A stretch of DNA of 64,000 nucleotides from NCBI GenBank assembly GCA_963663765.2, contig CAXXUA010000005.1, forward strand, positions 1,120,001 through 1,184,000, read 5' to 3'. The stretch comes from Candidatus Poribacteria bacterium (GTDB taxonomy: Bacteria > Poribacteria > WGA-4E > WGA-3G). Positions 20,019 to 29,847 of the stretch are shown one piece after another; positions within the stretch are counted from its first letter, which is position 1, and the number at the start of each line of letters is the position of its first letter. Position numbers and translations under genes: made by a program. The notes under the pieces were generated by a model. That model was not told where the DNA came from, made no database searches, and saw nothing but the letters and a program-made list of their open reading frames with translations.

Positions 20019-20302
20019 CCTAAGTAGTTACTTATGTAGCACAATCTGGAGTGTAAAAATATTTTAGCGTGTATTGAGAGAAGGTGTAACGTATTTGTCA
20101 TTTGTCTAAACAAGGATTTCCAGATTAGCAGATTTTCAGGATTACCGTGATGGGTGTTGTGTTTGTTTGAACTGTGTTTTTCTGAACAATGATTTCCAAA
20201 TTAACGGTATGAATGCTATAGAGCATTAGCATTACCTACCTACAAAGCGCACCTACCGTGTGCAAGTCCTGATAAAACTACAAATGCTTCCGGAGAATAT
20301 AA

Positions 20303-22201
20303 ATGATAAAACTGACACGTTTACTCACAATACTTGTACTCCTATACACATCCACTCTTTTCGCACAAGAACAGGAGGTTAAGTCTAACAAATTTCTACC
20401 CGAAAATGCCATTAGCCGACTGGGGAGAGGAAAGATCTATAATATGGACTATTCTCCTGACAACTCGCAACTTGCAGTTGGAACGACGATGGGGATATGG
20501 ATTTATGACGCGACCAACCTGCAACCCCTTCGCCTCATCACAAAACATAAATATATGATCACCGCAGTTGATTATAGCAAAGATGGCAACACGCTCGCAA
20601 CTGCAGATATTCTCGGATACGTTCATCTATGGGATACAAAAACTGGACAACACAAATTGGAGATAAAGATTAAGAAAAGTCTACATTGTCTGTGCTTTAA
20701 TACACTTGGAGATACGATCGCAATAGGAGATAAAACTGGAGGTATCCATTTATATGACACACAAATCGGCACACTAAAGAAAAAGATGTTTTCGAGAGGC
20801 GGTGGCTATATGTCTCGTGGAGGCTTTCGTCTTACTTTCAGTCCTGATGGAACCATGCTCGCAAGCGCAACGGAAAACACCATCACGTTGTGGCATCCCG
20901 AGAGTAGTAGTAGAGAAATCCATACGATGACAACCGAGAATAACTCTATTAGAGGCGATTTGGTCTTTAGTCCAGATGGAAAAAGATTGGTTTGTTCCAC
21001 ATGGAAAGGTAATGCCTATTTTTGGGACACATTTACAGGTGAACAGAAACAGCATTTGAAAAGTGGAATTTCTTTTCCAATCAGTACTAGTTTTAGTCCA
21101 ATCAGCATTGATTTTAGTTCTGATGGAAAGCTAATCGCCTTTGGTGACAGTGGTGGGAAAATCCATCTGTGGAATATGAATAAAAGTGAAATCTGGAAAA
21201 CACTGACTGGACACAGAGTGCCGGTACTCGCAGCCTATTTTGATGTGAATAAGCGTACTATCGTAAGTACCAGTCGGAGGAACATACTTCGTCATGACAT
21301 CAATTCTGGTAGACAGATCGGAAGAATAAACGAACATCGTGGTTTATATCCAAGTTTTGCTGTCAGTCCCGACGGCAAGACTATCGCAACACTAAACACT
21401 GACTTCTACGTACACTATTGGGATGCAACCACTGGAGAGTTCAAGTCAGAAGAACGCATTAGAAATCTCCACGATTTTGCGAATGATATGATGTACAGTT
21501 TCGATGGAAAGACACTCATTTTTGTGGGTTTTAGAGGATTTATCTATCTATTGAATGTAAAGACAGCTAAGTTAGAACGAACGATACGTGCACATATAGA
21601 TGACGTATTATGTATTGATCAAACTTCCGATAGTAAAATCCTTGTCAGCGGCGGACAGGACAAAACTGTTGGTATTTGGAATGCGGATACAGGGGAGGCA
21701 TTGTTCAAACTTCATGGTCATACAGATGAGGTAAGATGTGTCGCTGTGAGTCCAGACAACAAAATCGCAGCAAGCGGAAGTTCAGATCAGACTGTTATCT
21801 TATGGGACATCAACACAGGAGATGAGATAGACTCGTTGCCAAAACATACTGATGGTGTGTCAAGTGTCACCTTTAGTCCGGATGGCAAAACTCTCGTGAC
21901 GACTGACGAGTCGGATACAATCTATCTGTGGGAAGTCCAAACAGGTGAAAAGATACGAACACTCACCGGAGATAGTTCAGGTGTGGTGAGTGTCGTCTTC
22001 AGTGCTGATGGAAAATCCATAGCAACGGGGAGTCAGGAAGGCACTATAAAGGTGTATGACTTTGAAACCGGTGAGACTCAGCATACATTCAATGGGAATA
22101 ACAAGGGCATTGATATTGTTGACTTCACATCGGATGAGAATGTGCTTGTGAGTCGTAGTTATGGTGGTGCCATATTTTTGTGGAATGTTAATGAGGAATA
22201 G
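20303..22201 (+). CDS. Secreted WD40-repeat protein
   Basis: Signal peptide, LPENAISRLGRG cap, many GH...FSPDG...WD repeats. Confidence 0.92.
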   Translation: MIKLTRLLTILVLLYTSTLFAQEQEVKSNKFLPENAISRLGRGKIYNMDYSPDNSQLAVGTTMGIWIYDATNLQPLRLITKHKYMITAVDYSKDGNTLATADILGYVHLWDTKTGQHKLEIKIKKSLHCLCFNTLGDTIAIGDKTGGIHLYDTQIGTLKKKMFSRGGGYMSRGGFRLTFSPDGTMLASATENTITLWHPESSSREIHTMTTENNSIRGDLVFSPDGKRLVCSTWKGNAYFWDTFTGEQKQHLKSGISFPISTSFSPISIDFSSDGKLIAFGDSGGKIHLWNMNKSEIWKTLTGHRVPVLAAYFDVNKRTIVSTSRRNILRHDINSGRQIGRINEHRGLYPSFAVSPDGKTIATLNTDFYVHYWDATTGEFKSEERIRNLHDFANDMMYSFDGKTLIFVGFRGFIYLLNVKTAKLERTIRAHIDDVLCIDQTSDSKILVSGGQDKTVGIWNADTGEALFKLHGHTDEVRCVAVSPDNKIAASGSSDQTVILWDINTGDEIDSLPKHTDGVSSVTFSPDGKTLVTTDESDTIYLWEVQTGEKIRTLTGDSSGVVSVVFSADGKSIATGSQEGTIKVYDFETGETQHTFNGNNKGIDIVDFTSDENVLVSRSYGGAIFLWNVNEE

Positions 22202-22299
22202 GATTATCAGACTTGAGATTTTGGTTTGGGTTGAGGCAGGAAACCCTTATGTATCAATTTAGGGGAATTACAATCCTCTGACAAGAAAGGAGAAAGAAC

Positions 22300-23121
22300 A
22301 TGTTTTTACGTAATATTTTGCTACCGGTCTCTGTTTTCCTCGTGGTAATCTGTCTGGTGCGTCCCGGCTTCCGAAGCGAGACAGACGCGGAAACAACCTC
22401 TGCGTGTCCCCTTGACGCAGCAGAAAAACTTATCACAGCCGAAAACTATTATGAAGCAATTCTTGCATTGAAACCGCTCTTAATGCGTGATACCAAAAGC
22501 AAGGAACAAGAAGAAGCCCTCTGGCTGGCTCACACGCTTTTGATGAAAATAGAAAACCACTTGGGAGACGACGAAGATCATAAAATAGAAATTCTGAATC
22601 AATTGGGTGCGAATTTTGATAACATTGAGATCAACTTCGGTTATAGATACGGTTTCCTACGACGGTTGATAGATGCCTATCCGAATACCCCGAAACAACC
22701 CATCGTTGAATACGCACTCATACAATCGGGATACCCTGTGCCACGAGATATTGATAAAACGCTTTCAGCACTGCACGCTTATATTGAGAAATATGAGAAA
22801 ACGGGACGGGCTGAAGTTTACATGGTATATCTTGATATTGCTCATATTCATCACGGACTTTGGGCGGCGATCACCTTTCATGATCATCCCTATGTTAGCA
22901 TGTTTGGTGGTTTTGGGAGTGGAGACACTGAAAAAGACAAAAAGCTTGCAGACTCATATAGAGAGATTGCCCTCAAGTATTACGCGAAGTTTCATATCAA
23001 CCCACATGGACTCACAGATAACTTTGATAATGAAAACTTTGATTTCAGTGATGAAACAGGGTATCAACTTTTGAAGCGGAACGCAGAATTTGGTTGGGAA
23101 TTTATTCTTTATGGATGTTAA
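22300..23121 (+). CDS. Secreted/membrane-anchored helical hypothetical protein
   Basis: AAGGAG SD, hydrophobic N-terminus, TPR-like helical segments. Confidence 0.7.
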   Translation: MFLRNILLPVSVFLVVICLVRPGFRSETDAETTSACPLDAAEKLITAENYYEAILALKPLLMRDTKSKEQEEALWLAHTLLMKIENHLGDDEDHKIEILNQLGANFDNIEINFGYRYGFLRRLIDAYPNTPKQPIVEYALIQSGYPVPRDIDKTLSALHAYIEKYEKTGRAEVYMVYLDIAHIHHGLWAAITFHDHPYVSMFGGFGSGDTEKDKKLADSYREIALKYYAKFHINPHGLTDNFDNENFDFSDETGYQLLKRNAEFGWEFILYGC

Positions 23122-23141
23122 GGATGGATGTTAAGGTCTGT

Positions 23142-23290
23142 TTTCTGAATCGCGGGGTTTTCTGAATATCGGATTACACGGATTTCACAGATAAGATACC
23201 TGCATGAAGTAATATTGCATAGAAAAGGCATCATATAAGAAAGACAGCCTACTGCTGGGTTCTTATCCGCGTAATCCGATATTCTGTAAG
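23142..23290. repeat. TCTGAA(T/C)C...GGATT family dispersed repeat
   Basis: TTTCTGAATCGCGG...GGATTACACGGATTTCACAGAT...ATCCGCGTAATCCG; related sequences near 2455-2516, 12160-12200, 20101-20145 and 24220-24375. Confidence 0.6.
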
Positions 23291-23319
23291 CATTGATTCA
23301 GAGTGTTATGAGGAATATC

Positions 23320-24195
23320 ATGATAACAAACACTATTTGGCTATAACAACATTTTTGCTGTTATTCGCTTCTGCACCAATCACCCTTGCCCAAGATTTTG
23401 TACAATGGCATTTACCCGAAGGAGCAAAAGCGCGTCTGGGGAAAGGTATGGTAGGTCAAGTTAGATATACCCCAGATGGCACAAAATTGGCAGCGGCAAG
23501 TAGTATTGGGATTCAGCTTTACGACACACAGACCGGTGAAGTACTTGCATTGTTCGCGGCACATGCAGATGCTTTCGGTTGCATTACTTTTAGTCCTCTG
23601 GGTGGGAAACTGCTTGCCAGTGGGGGCAAGAAGGGTCCCATCTATCTTTGGCATGTTGAGACAGGTCGTCACCTGCAAACGCTTGAAGGACATACAGATT
23701 GGGTGAGTAGTGTCGTGTTCAGTCCCAATGGGACACTGCTTGCCAGTGGGGGGTGCGGACGGTTCCATCTACCTTTGGCATGTTGAGACAGGTCAACTCT
23801 TGCGAACGCTTGAAGGACATACAGATGAAGTTTATAGTGTGGCATTTAGTCCCGATGGTAAGGTACTCGCGAGCGGAGGTGAAGTCGGCACCTGGGGTAA
23901 AGATGGTTTTATCCATTTCTGGGATGTGCAAACAGGTCGACAGATTGGATCGCTTGATGGAAATATAAGAAATGTTGGTGATGTATCTTTTCATCCTAAT
24001 GGTAAGGTGCTTGCGAGTGGAAGTCATGACAAAACTATCCGATTATGGGATGTTGAAACCGGCAAATTTCTCCGCACGTTTGTGGGACATACTTGGTATG
24101 TCAAAAGTGTCTCTTTTAGTCCGGATCGGACTACGCTTGCAAGTGGAAGTGCTGACGGCACAATGCTATTATGGGACGTATCAAAAAAAGAATGA
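23320..24195 (+). pseudogene. Frameshifted secreted WD40-repeat protein
   Basis: ORFs 23337-23786 and 23710-24195 join if the G6 run (23748-23753) is G5 (giving SGGADGSIY); the SD-linked ATG at 23320 is also out of frame with the signal peptide. Confidence 0.8.
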
Positions 24196-24406
24196 AGCAT
24201 TTTGTACGCGGGTGTGTGCGGAATCGCGGAGGACACGGAGTGACTTCTGAATCGCGGAAGACACACAGAAGACAGCATACTGAGATCGTATTGCTTAGAA
24301 TAAACGTCATATAAGCAATGCGATTTATCGCAGGTGTCTTATCCGCGTTTTCCGCGTAATCTGAGTAATCAGAGATTCCGTACTCCAAGAACTACAAAAA
24401 TATGTG

Positions 24407-25513
24407 TTAATATCTCAAACGCATAGGAGCAATGAAACACACATGTCCATCTTCACCTAACGGTTTTATGGTAAGGAAAGTAAATTCTCCTGCGAACTCA
24501 AGTACCAGAGATTCTGCTTCAATATGTGAAAATATCTCTGCTAACCTTTGAGCATCCAAACCGATCCGCACATTGCCGGTACAAGATTCTACTGCAACCG
24601 TCTCATGTGCCTCACCGAGTTCGGGGGTCTCGGTTGAAATCTTAATTACTTCTGGGTCTATCTCCAAAGAGATAGCAAAGTTCTTCGGATTTGATAGTAA
24701 AGAGACGCGACGTGTCGCACCTAAAATGGCATCCCTTGATACAATCGCACGACCATCATAGGATTCGGGTATAAGCGACTGGTAACGCATATCATATTCA
24801 CCTTCAACCAAGCGAGTCATCAACATGGAATTCTCATCGGAAAATAGTATTTGATTTTTGAGCAGGATAATCTTTACTTCATCGGAGTTCGCAAAGGTTC
24901 GCAGAATCTCACGCACTGCCCTCAACGGCACAATAAAACCATTCACTTCTTCAGATGTTTTGAGGTGAGGACCGTGTGCTAAAGCAAGGTAATGCGTATC
25001 CATCGCAACCACTTCTGTTCTATCCTCAAGGAGGTTAAAAAATAGGCCGTTCAGTTGGTATCTGAATTCTTCTGAAGATGCTGCAAACGATGTTCTATGG
25101 ATAACAGTGCATAATGTTTCGCCATCAATCGTTACACCTTCTCCATCAGCAGAGGGTAAATCTGGAAAATCTTCATCGGAAAGTCCAATCATCTTGTAGA
25201 TACCATCACCGCACGCGATCTCAATTCTGTGATTCTGTGTTGTAACAAAGTCAATCGGTTTATTATCGGGTAATTCTCGGACGATGTCTGTTAGTTTTTT
25301 AGCAGAGACGGTGACCGCACCTTCCTCTTTGATAGTTCCAACAACCTTGACTCTAATACCAACCTCCAGATCAGTGGCAGCACATTCTATATTGCCATCT
25401 TGTGCCCGGATTAGGACGTTGGCAAGAATAGGTAAGGTATTACGACCACTCGCTGCACCCTGCACCGTCTGAAGAGAATGTAATAATTCATCTTTTTCAA
25501 AAGCAAGTTCCAT
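24407..25513 (-). CDS. dnaN: DNA polymerase III beta sliding clamp, divergent paralog
   Basis: TLPILANVLI, AATDLEVG, FPDLP, IVPLRAV, TRLVEGEY, ELGEAHE, C-terminal APMRL; AGGAG SD. Confidence 0.9.
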   Translation of the reverse strand: MELAFEKDELLHSLQTVQGAASGRNTLPILANVLIRAQDGNIECAATDLEVGIRVKVVGTIKEEGAVTVSAKKLTDIVRELPDNKPIDFVTTQNHRIEIACGDGIYKMIGLSDEDFPDLPSADGEGVTIDGETLCTVIHRTSFAASSEEFRYQLNGLFFNLLEDRTEVVAMDTHYLALAHGPHLKTSEEVNGFIVPLRAVREILRTFANSDEVKIILLKNQILFSDENSMLMTRLVEGEYDMRYQSLIPESYDGRAIVSRDAILGATRRVSLLSNPKNFAISLEIDPEVIKISTETPELGEAHETVAVESCTGNVRIGLDAQRLAEIFSHIEAESLVLEFAGEFTFLTIKPLGEDGHVCFIAPMRLRY

Positions 25514-25564
25514 TTCATCAACTCCTATGCAAAAATATATGTGTCATTTATCCAGACAAAAAAC

Positions 25565-26686
25565 TTAGGATTGTCCTGTTGTAGATGTTTCTAAACGCAT
25601 CGGCATGATAAAACATAGATGGTCATCATCACCTTCTGGCTTTACAATCAGAGGTGTAACTCCATCTGTGTACTCAAATAATAAAGATTCCGTTTCAATA
25701 TGTGTCAATACATCTATAAGCACACGCGCATCAAGTCCAATTAGAACATTCCCATCACCGGACTCAATAGAAATCGTTTCATGTGCTTCACCCAGTTCAG
25801 GTGTGTTCGCTGATATCCGAATTTGTTCCGCATCTATCTCTAAACGGATGAGAAAATTCTTGGGATCTGACAACAAAGCAACCCGACGCGATGCACGCAA
25901 AATTGTGTCCTTTGATACTACCGTACGCCCTTCAGATGACTCACGAAACAGTTTTTGATAGGGTGGATAATCGCCTTCCACCAAACGTGTCATAAAGGTC
26001 GTGCTTTCATCGGTAAGTATGAGTTGATTTTTTAGATGTGAAATTCTTACTTCAGGAGAACCAGCAAAGATACGTGAGATCTCCTTGACTGCCTTTAGTG
26101 GAACAATAAACCCGCTGGAATCTTCAGATGTTCTAATAGGTTCACAATGTACTAAAGCGAGTTGTCTTGCACCGTCTGTTCCAACGACTTCCGTTTTGTT
26201 TTCTATGAGATTAAAAAATAGCCCATTCAGAGTATATCGGACCTCTTCGGTGGATGCTGCAAATTCTGTTCTATGAATAACAGAGCATAACGTGTCACCG
26301 TTGATCGCTATGCCTTGTCCATCAGCAGAGGGGAGTTCCGGAAAATCTTGATCCGACAACCCAATAATCTTGTAGACACCATCTCCACAAGTAAGTTCAA
26401 CCCGATCATTTGCAGTTGTAACGAGTTCTATGGTTTCATTTGGTAGTTCACGGACGATGTCTGCCAGTTTTTTGGCGGAGACAGTAATTGAGCCCTCTTC
26501 CTTGATAACGCCAATAACATTCATTTTGATGCCGACTTCCAAGTCAGTCGCAGCACATTCAATTTTCCCATCTTGTGCGCGAATTAGGACGTTGGCGAGA
26601 ATCGGCAGCGTGTTTCGTCCGCCTGCGACCCCTTGTACCGTTTGAAGTGCGTGTAAAAGTTCATCTTTTTCAAAAGCAAGTTCCAT
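25565..26686 (-). CDS. dnaN: DNA polymerase III beta sliding clamp
   Basis: TLPILANVLI, AATDLEVG, RYTLNG, GTDG, EGDYPPY, IMPMRL. Confidence 0.95.
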   Translation of the reverse strand: MELAFEKDELLHALQTVQGVAGGRNTLPILANVLIRAQDGKIECAATDLEVGIKMNVIGVIKEEGSITVSAKKLADIVRELPNETIELVTTANDRVELTCGDGVYKIIGLSDQDFPELPSADGQGIAINGDTLCSVIHRTEFAASTEEVRYTLNGLFFNLIENKTEVVGTDGARQLALVHCEPIRTSEDSSGFIVPLKAVKEISRIFAGSPEVRISHLKNQLILTDESTTFMTRLVEGDYPPYQKLFRESSEGRTVVSKDTILRASRRVALLSDPKNFLIRLEIDAEQIRISANTPELGEAHETISIESGDGNVLIGLDARVLIDVLTHIETESLLFEYTDGVTPLIVKPEGDDDHLCFIMPMRLETSTTGQS

Positions 26687-26964
26687 TCCATAAGCTCCTA
26701 TCTATTGTAATATCAAAATTTAGTAATAACATTAATATATTAGATTCTTATCCAAGTCTTCCTTGTATGTAATAAAAAAGCGGATATTGGAATTTCCGCT
26801 AAAATCCGAAGAAACAACATATCAGAATCGTGTCGGGTTCGTTATAAAAATTAGTTGAAATGCTGTGTCAGGGTAATCAAGTTCAATTGGGACGGTTAGA
26901 ATGGGTTGTGTAATATACAGAAGCAAAACATGCAGGCACTACATACCCTTATCTCGTTTTCACC

Positions 26965-26993
26965 TTGACAGACTTCTGATTGTTTAGTATAAC
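26965..26993 (+). promoter_or_regulatory. Putative sigma70 promoter
   Basis: TTGACA-N17-TATAAC, about 100 bp upstream of ATG 27093. Confidence 0.55.
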
Positions 26994-27092
26994 ATAATGT
27001 AGAAAATATATCCATTCTTTTTGATATATTACCTTCAGTTGTTACAGACATAATAACCTTGTCTGCGACCTTACCATTACCTTCCTACTATA

Positions 27093-29024
27093 ATGCGTCA
27101 AACGAACTATCAAACATCGTTACCTATAGCAAAACGTGCAGTTTTAATTGGTACATTGCTCATCATTGGCAATAGTTACTGGATAGCCTATATTGAGATG
27201 ATATGGCACACTGCACATCTGACGACAGTTGCTATGTCTGTAAATGTCATGTTTGGCATATTCATGATCACGATGTTAAACATGGGTATACGGAGTTTTG
27301 CCCCCAGGGCTGCCCTCACACAACGCGACCTGATTGTTGTATATAGCATGCTGGCTGTCGGTAGTGCTTTTTCTGGGCATGACTGTATTCCGAGACTGAT
27401 GGGATTGATCCCCTATGCTTTTCGCTTTGCAACTGCAGAGAATGATTGGGAGGCGTTGTTATTTCACCACCTGCCTGAATGGCTCATTGTTAAACATCCG
27501 AAAACAGTCACAGATTTCTATGAAGGTAACGTCAACTTTTTTACTGGTGGATATGTGCAATATTGGATTGTTCCTATTCTATCTTGGTCGGCAGTAATTT
27601 TCTTGTTGATGCTCATCTTCCTTTGTCTCACCTCATTGATACGCAAACAGTGGATTGAGAACGAAAAACTTGCGTACCCGATCATACAGATTCCACTTGA
27701 AATCACTACAAACCGTGGCATATTCAAAAAACGGCTGCTATGGATAGGTTTCGGTATAGCGATGGGTATAAATCTCCTCAATGGACTACATTTCTTTTTT
27801 CCAATATTGCCAGAAATACCTGTGAAAAAATATAACCTTAATATCTATTTCACACAGAAACCTTGGAATGCCATCGGCAATACACCGCTTCGGTTTCACC
27901 CATATCTGATAGGCTTTTCGTTTATTCTTCCGTTGGATTTAGCGTTCTCATGCACGTTTTTCTATTTCATGAAAAAAGCACAACTCATATTTGGAAGTGC
28001 GACAGGTGTGTCAAAGGTACCGGGATATCCTTTCTTAGGGGAACAGGGTGCGGGTGCGTTGCTTGCACTTGTGGCTATAGCAGGTTGGCATGGGAGAAAA
28101 CATATTGCAGCAGTGTTTTCACAGACAATTCGACGGAATAGTACCTATTCACAAACCGAGGCAATCTCCTACCGTAGCACAATAATTATACTTGGATTAT
28201 CGTTGCTTTTACTTGCTATCTTGTGCATTCGGGGTGGGATGTCGTTATGGGCATTTTCTGTTTTCATTGGCATCTACCTTACAATTGTTATCGGTCTAAC
28301 CCGAATGCGTGCCGAACTCGGTCCACCGATACATGCAATCGGTTATCTGACACCACAATATATGATGATTTCACTACTGGGTACACGCCGTTTACGCGCG
28401 GGCAATCTCACGATGTTGTCCTTGATGAACTGGCTTAGCGGTGCAAGTTATGCCTCTTTTCGCACGCATCCGATGCCTGATCAGTTGGAATCTTTCAAAC
28501 TGGCAGAACGTACGGGGGTACGCAACCGTACGATGTTCGCAGTTTTAGTAATTGCAAGTTTGGTTGGCATTTTGTCAAGTCTAATTCTGTACCCTTATGC
28601 GATTTATAGTGAAGGTGTTGCAGCAGGTTCAGAACAGATCCATGCAGGTGGTGCGGACACATATAACTTTCTATCATCATGGCTAATAAATCCAAAACCG
28701 ATGGACCTATTAGCAACCACTGTACTTGGCGGAACGTTTGCAGCGAATTTAGGTATCATGTTTCTGCGTTCGCGCTTTGTATGGTGTCCGTTGCATCCTG
28801 CGGGTTATGTTATCGGTGTTGCTCCCGGTACTACAGACATCATTTGGTTCCCACTGCTGATCGCAATGGTAACCAAGTGGATTATTTTACGAAATGGGGG
28901 TATAAAAGCGTATCGTCGTGCAATACCGTTCTTCATCGGGTTGGTCTTAGGAGAAGCGTTGATGGGATGTTTCTGGCCATTATTGAGTCTTATATTGCGC
29001 TCTGCGGTTTATAGTTGGATATAG
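27093..29024 (+). CDS. DUF6785/DUF6784-type (OPT-like) polytopic membrane protein, putative transporter
   Basis: About 16 TM segments; 'RKQWIENEKLAYPIIQIPLE', 'TRMRAELG', 'HPMPDQLESFKLA', 'PLHPAGY', 'PFFIGLVLGE'. Confidence 0.8.
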   Translation: MRQTNYQTSLPIAKRAVLIGTLLIIGNSYWIAYIEMIWHTAHLTTVAMSVNVMFGIFMITMLNMGIRSFAPRAALTQRDLIVVYSMLAVGSAFSGHDCIPRLMGLIPYAFRFATAENDWEALLFHHLPEWLIVKHPKTVTDFYEGNVNFFTGGYVQYWIVPILSWSAVIFLLMLIFLCLTSLIRKQWIENEKLAYPIIQIPLEITTNRGIFKKRLLWIGFGIAMGINLLNGLHFFFPILPEIPVKKYNLNIYFTQKPWNAIGNTPLRFHPYLIGFSFILPLDLAFSCTFFYFMKKAQLIFGSATGVSKVPGYPFLGEQGAGALLALVAIAGWHGRKHIAAVFSQTIRRNSTYSQTEAISYRSTIIILGLSLLLLAILCIRGGMSLWAFSVFIGIYLTIVIGLTRMRAELGPPIHAIGYLTPQYMMISLLGTRRLRAGNLTMLSLMNWLSGASYASFRTHPMPDQLESFKLAERTGVRNRTMFAVLVIASLVGILSSLILYPYAIYSEGVAAGSEQIHAGGADTYNFLSSWLINPKPMDLLATTVLGGTFAANLGIMFLRSRFVWCPLHPAGYVIGVAPGTTDIIWFPLLIAMVTKWIILRNGGIKAYRRAIPFFIGLVLGEALMGCFWPLLSLILRSAVYSWI

Positions 29025-29088
29025 TTCCTGTATATATGGATGTCCATGACAAACGGGTGTGTAAAGTCTTGGTTTATGTCTGAACCAG

Positions 29089-29773
29089 GGGTGTGTAAAG
29101 TTTTTGCACAAACTGCACATTCTCCATTGTAGAGCGAAATCAAGAAATCAACGGTATGAATGCCTTTTGGCATTCCCCGGGTATGAATGCCATTTAGGCA
29201 TTCCCCAGGTCTCTGTACCCCGCCGCAACTGATTAAATGAGAGATTGCGGGCACAGAGACCCATAGGTGTCAATATAAGGAAATATTGTTAATATCAACC
29301 ATACTCTTCAGTCCCGTAGGGACGATATGTTTATAGAAAACAAGTACCCTTCCCAGTTCTTTAGTCCCGTAGGGACGATATGTTTATAGAAAACAAGTAC
29401 CCTTCCCAGTTCTTTAGTCCCGTAGGGACGATATGTTTATAGAAAACAAGTACCCTTCCCAGTTCTTTAGTCCCGTAGGGACGATATGTTTATAGAAAAC
29501 AAGTACCCTTCCCAGTTCTTTAGTCCCGTAGGGACGATATGTTTATAGAAAACAAGTACCCTTCCCAGTTCTTTAGTCCCGTAGGGACGATATGTTTATA
29601 GAAAACAAGTACCCTTCCCAGTTCTTTAGTCCCGTAGGGACGATATGTTTATTCTTCTATGTCGTTCCTACGGAACTCAAGAGAGGGTGATTACACCTAT
29701 CTATAAACATTGCGTCCCTACGGGACTAAAGAGAACAAAAGTTTGTACCTCTGTGCAAAAACTTTACACACCC
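29089..29773. mobile_element. 685-bp non-autonomous MITE carrying a tandem array
   Basis: Perfect 22-bp TIR GGGTGTGTAAAGTTTTTGCACA (29089-29110 / 29752-29773); 8-bp direct repeat TGAACCAG at 29081-29088 and 29774-29781; no transposase. Confidence 0.88.
29305..29652 (+). repeat. Tandem array 1: 53-bp unit, 6 full plus 1 partial
   Basis: GTCCCGTAGGGAC cores at 29311, 29364, 29417, 29470, 29523, 29576, 29629; unit is the 36-bp repeat plus CAAGTACCCTTCCCAGT; inverted copies at about 29660-29683 and 29701-29733. Confidence 0.97.
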
Positions 29774-29847
29774 TGAACCAGGATTTTCATAGACAAACAA
29801 CACTCTCACATGCTATAATGTGACAAATTATGAAGGAGATGGTTTTA

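Noticed and set aside
22225-22285. Possible riboswitch or ribozyme upstream of ORF 22300
   Set aside because: Some pairing is possible (GAGG/CCTC, CCCT/AGGG), but no known RNA consensus could be matched
26687-27092. oriC upstream of dnaN
   Set aside because: AT-rich, but no TTATCCACA-like box cluster was seen and dnaA is not adjacent
29305-29652. CRISPR array call (36-bp hairpin repeat ending GAAAA)
   Set aside because: Spacers are identical and only 17 bp, inverted copies follow, and no cas genes are present in the window
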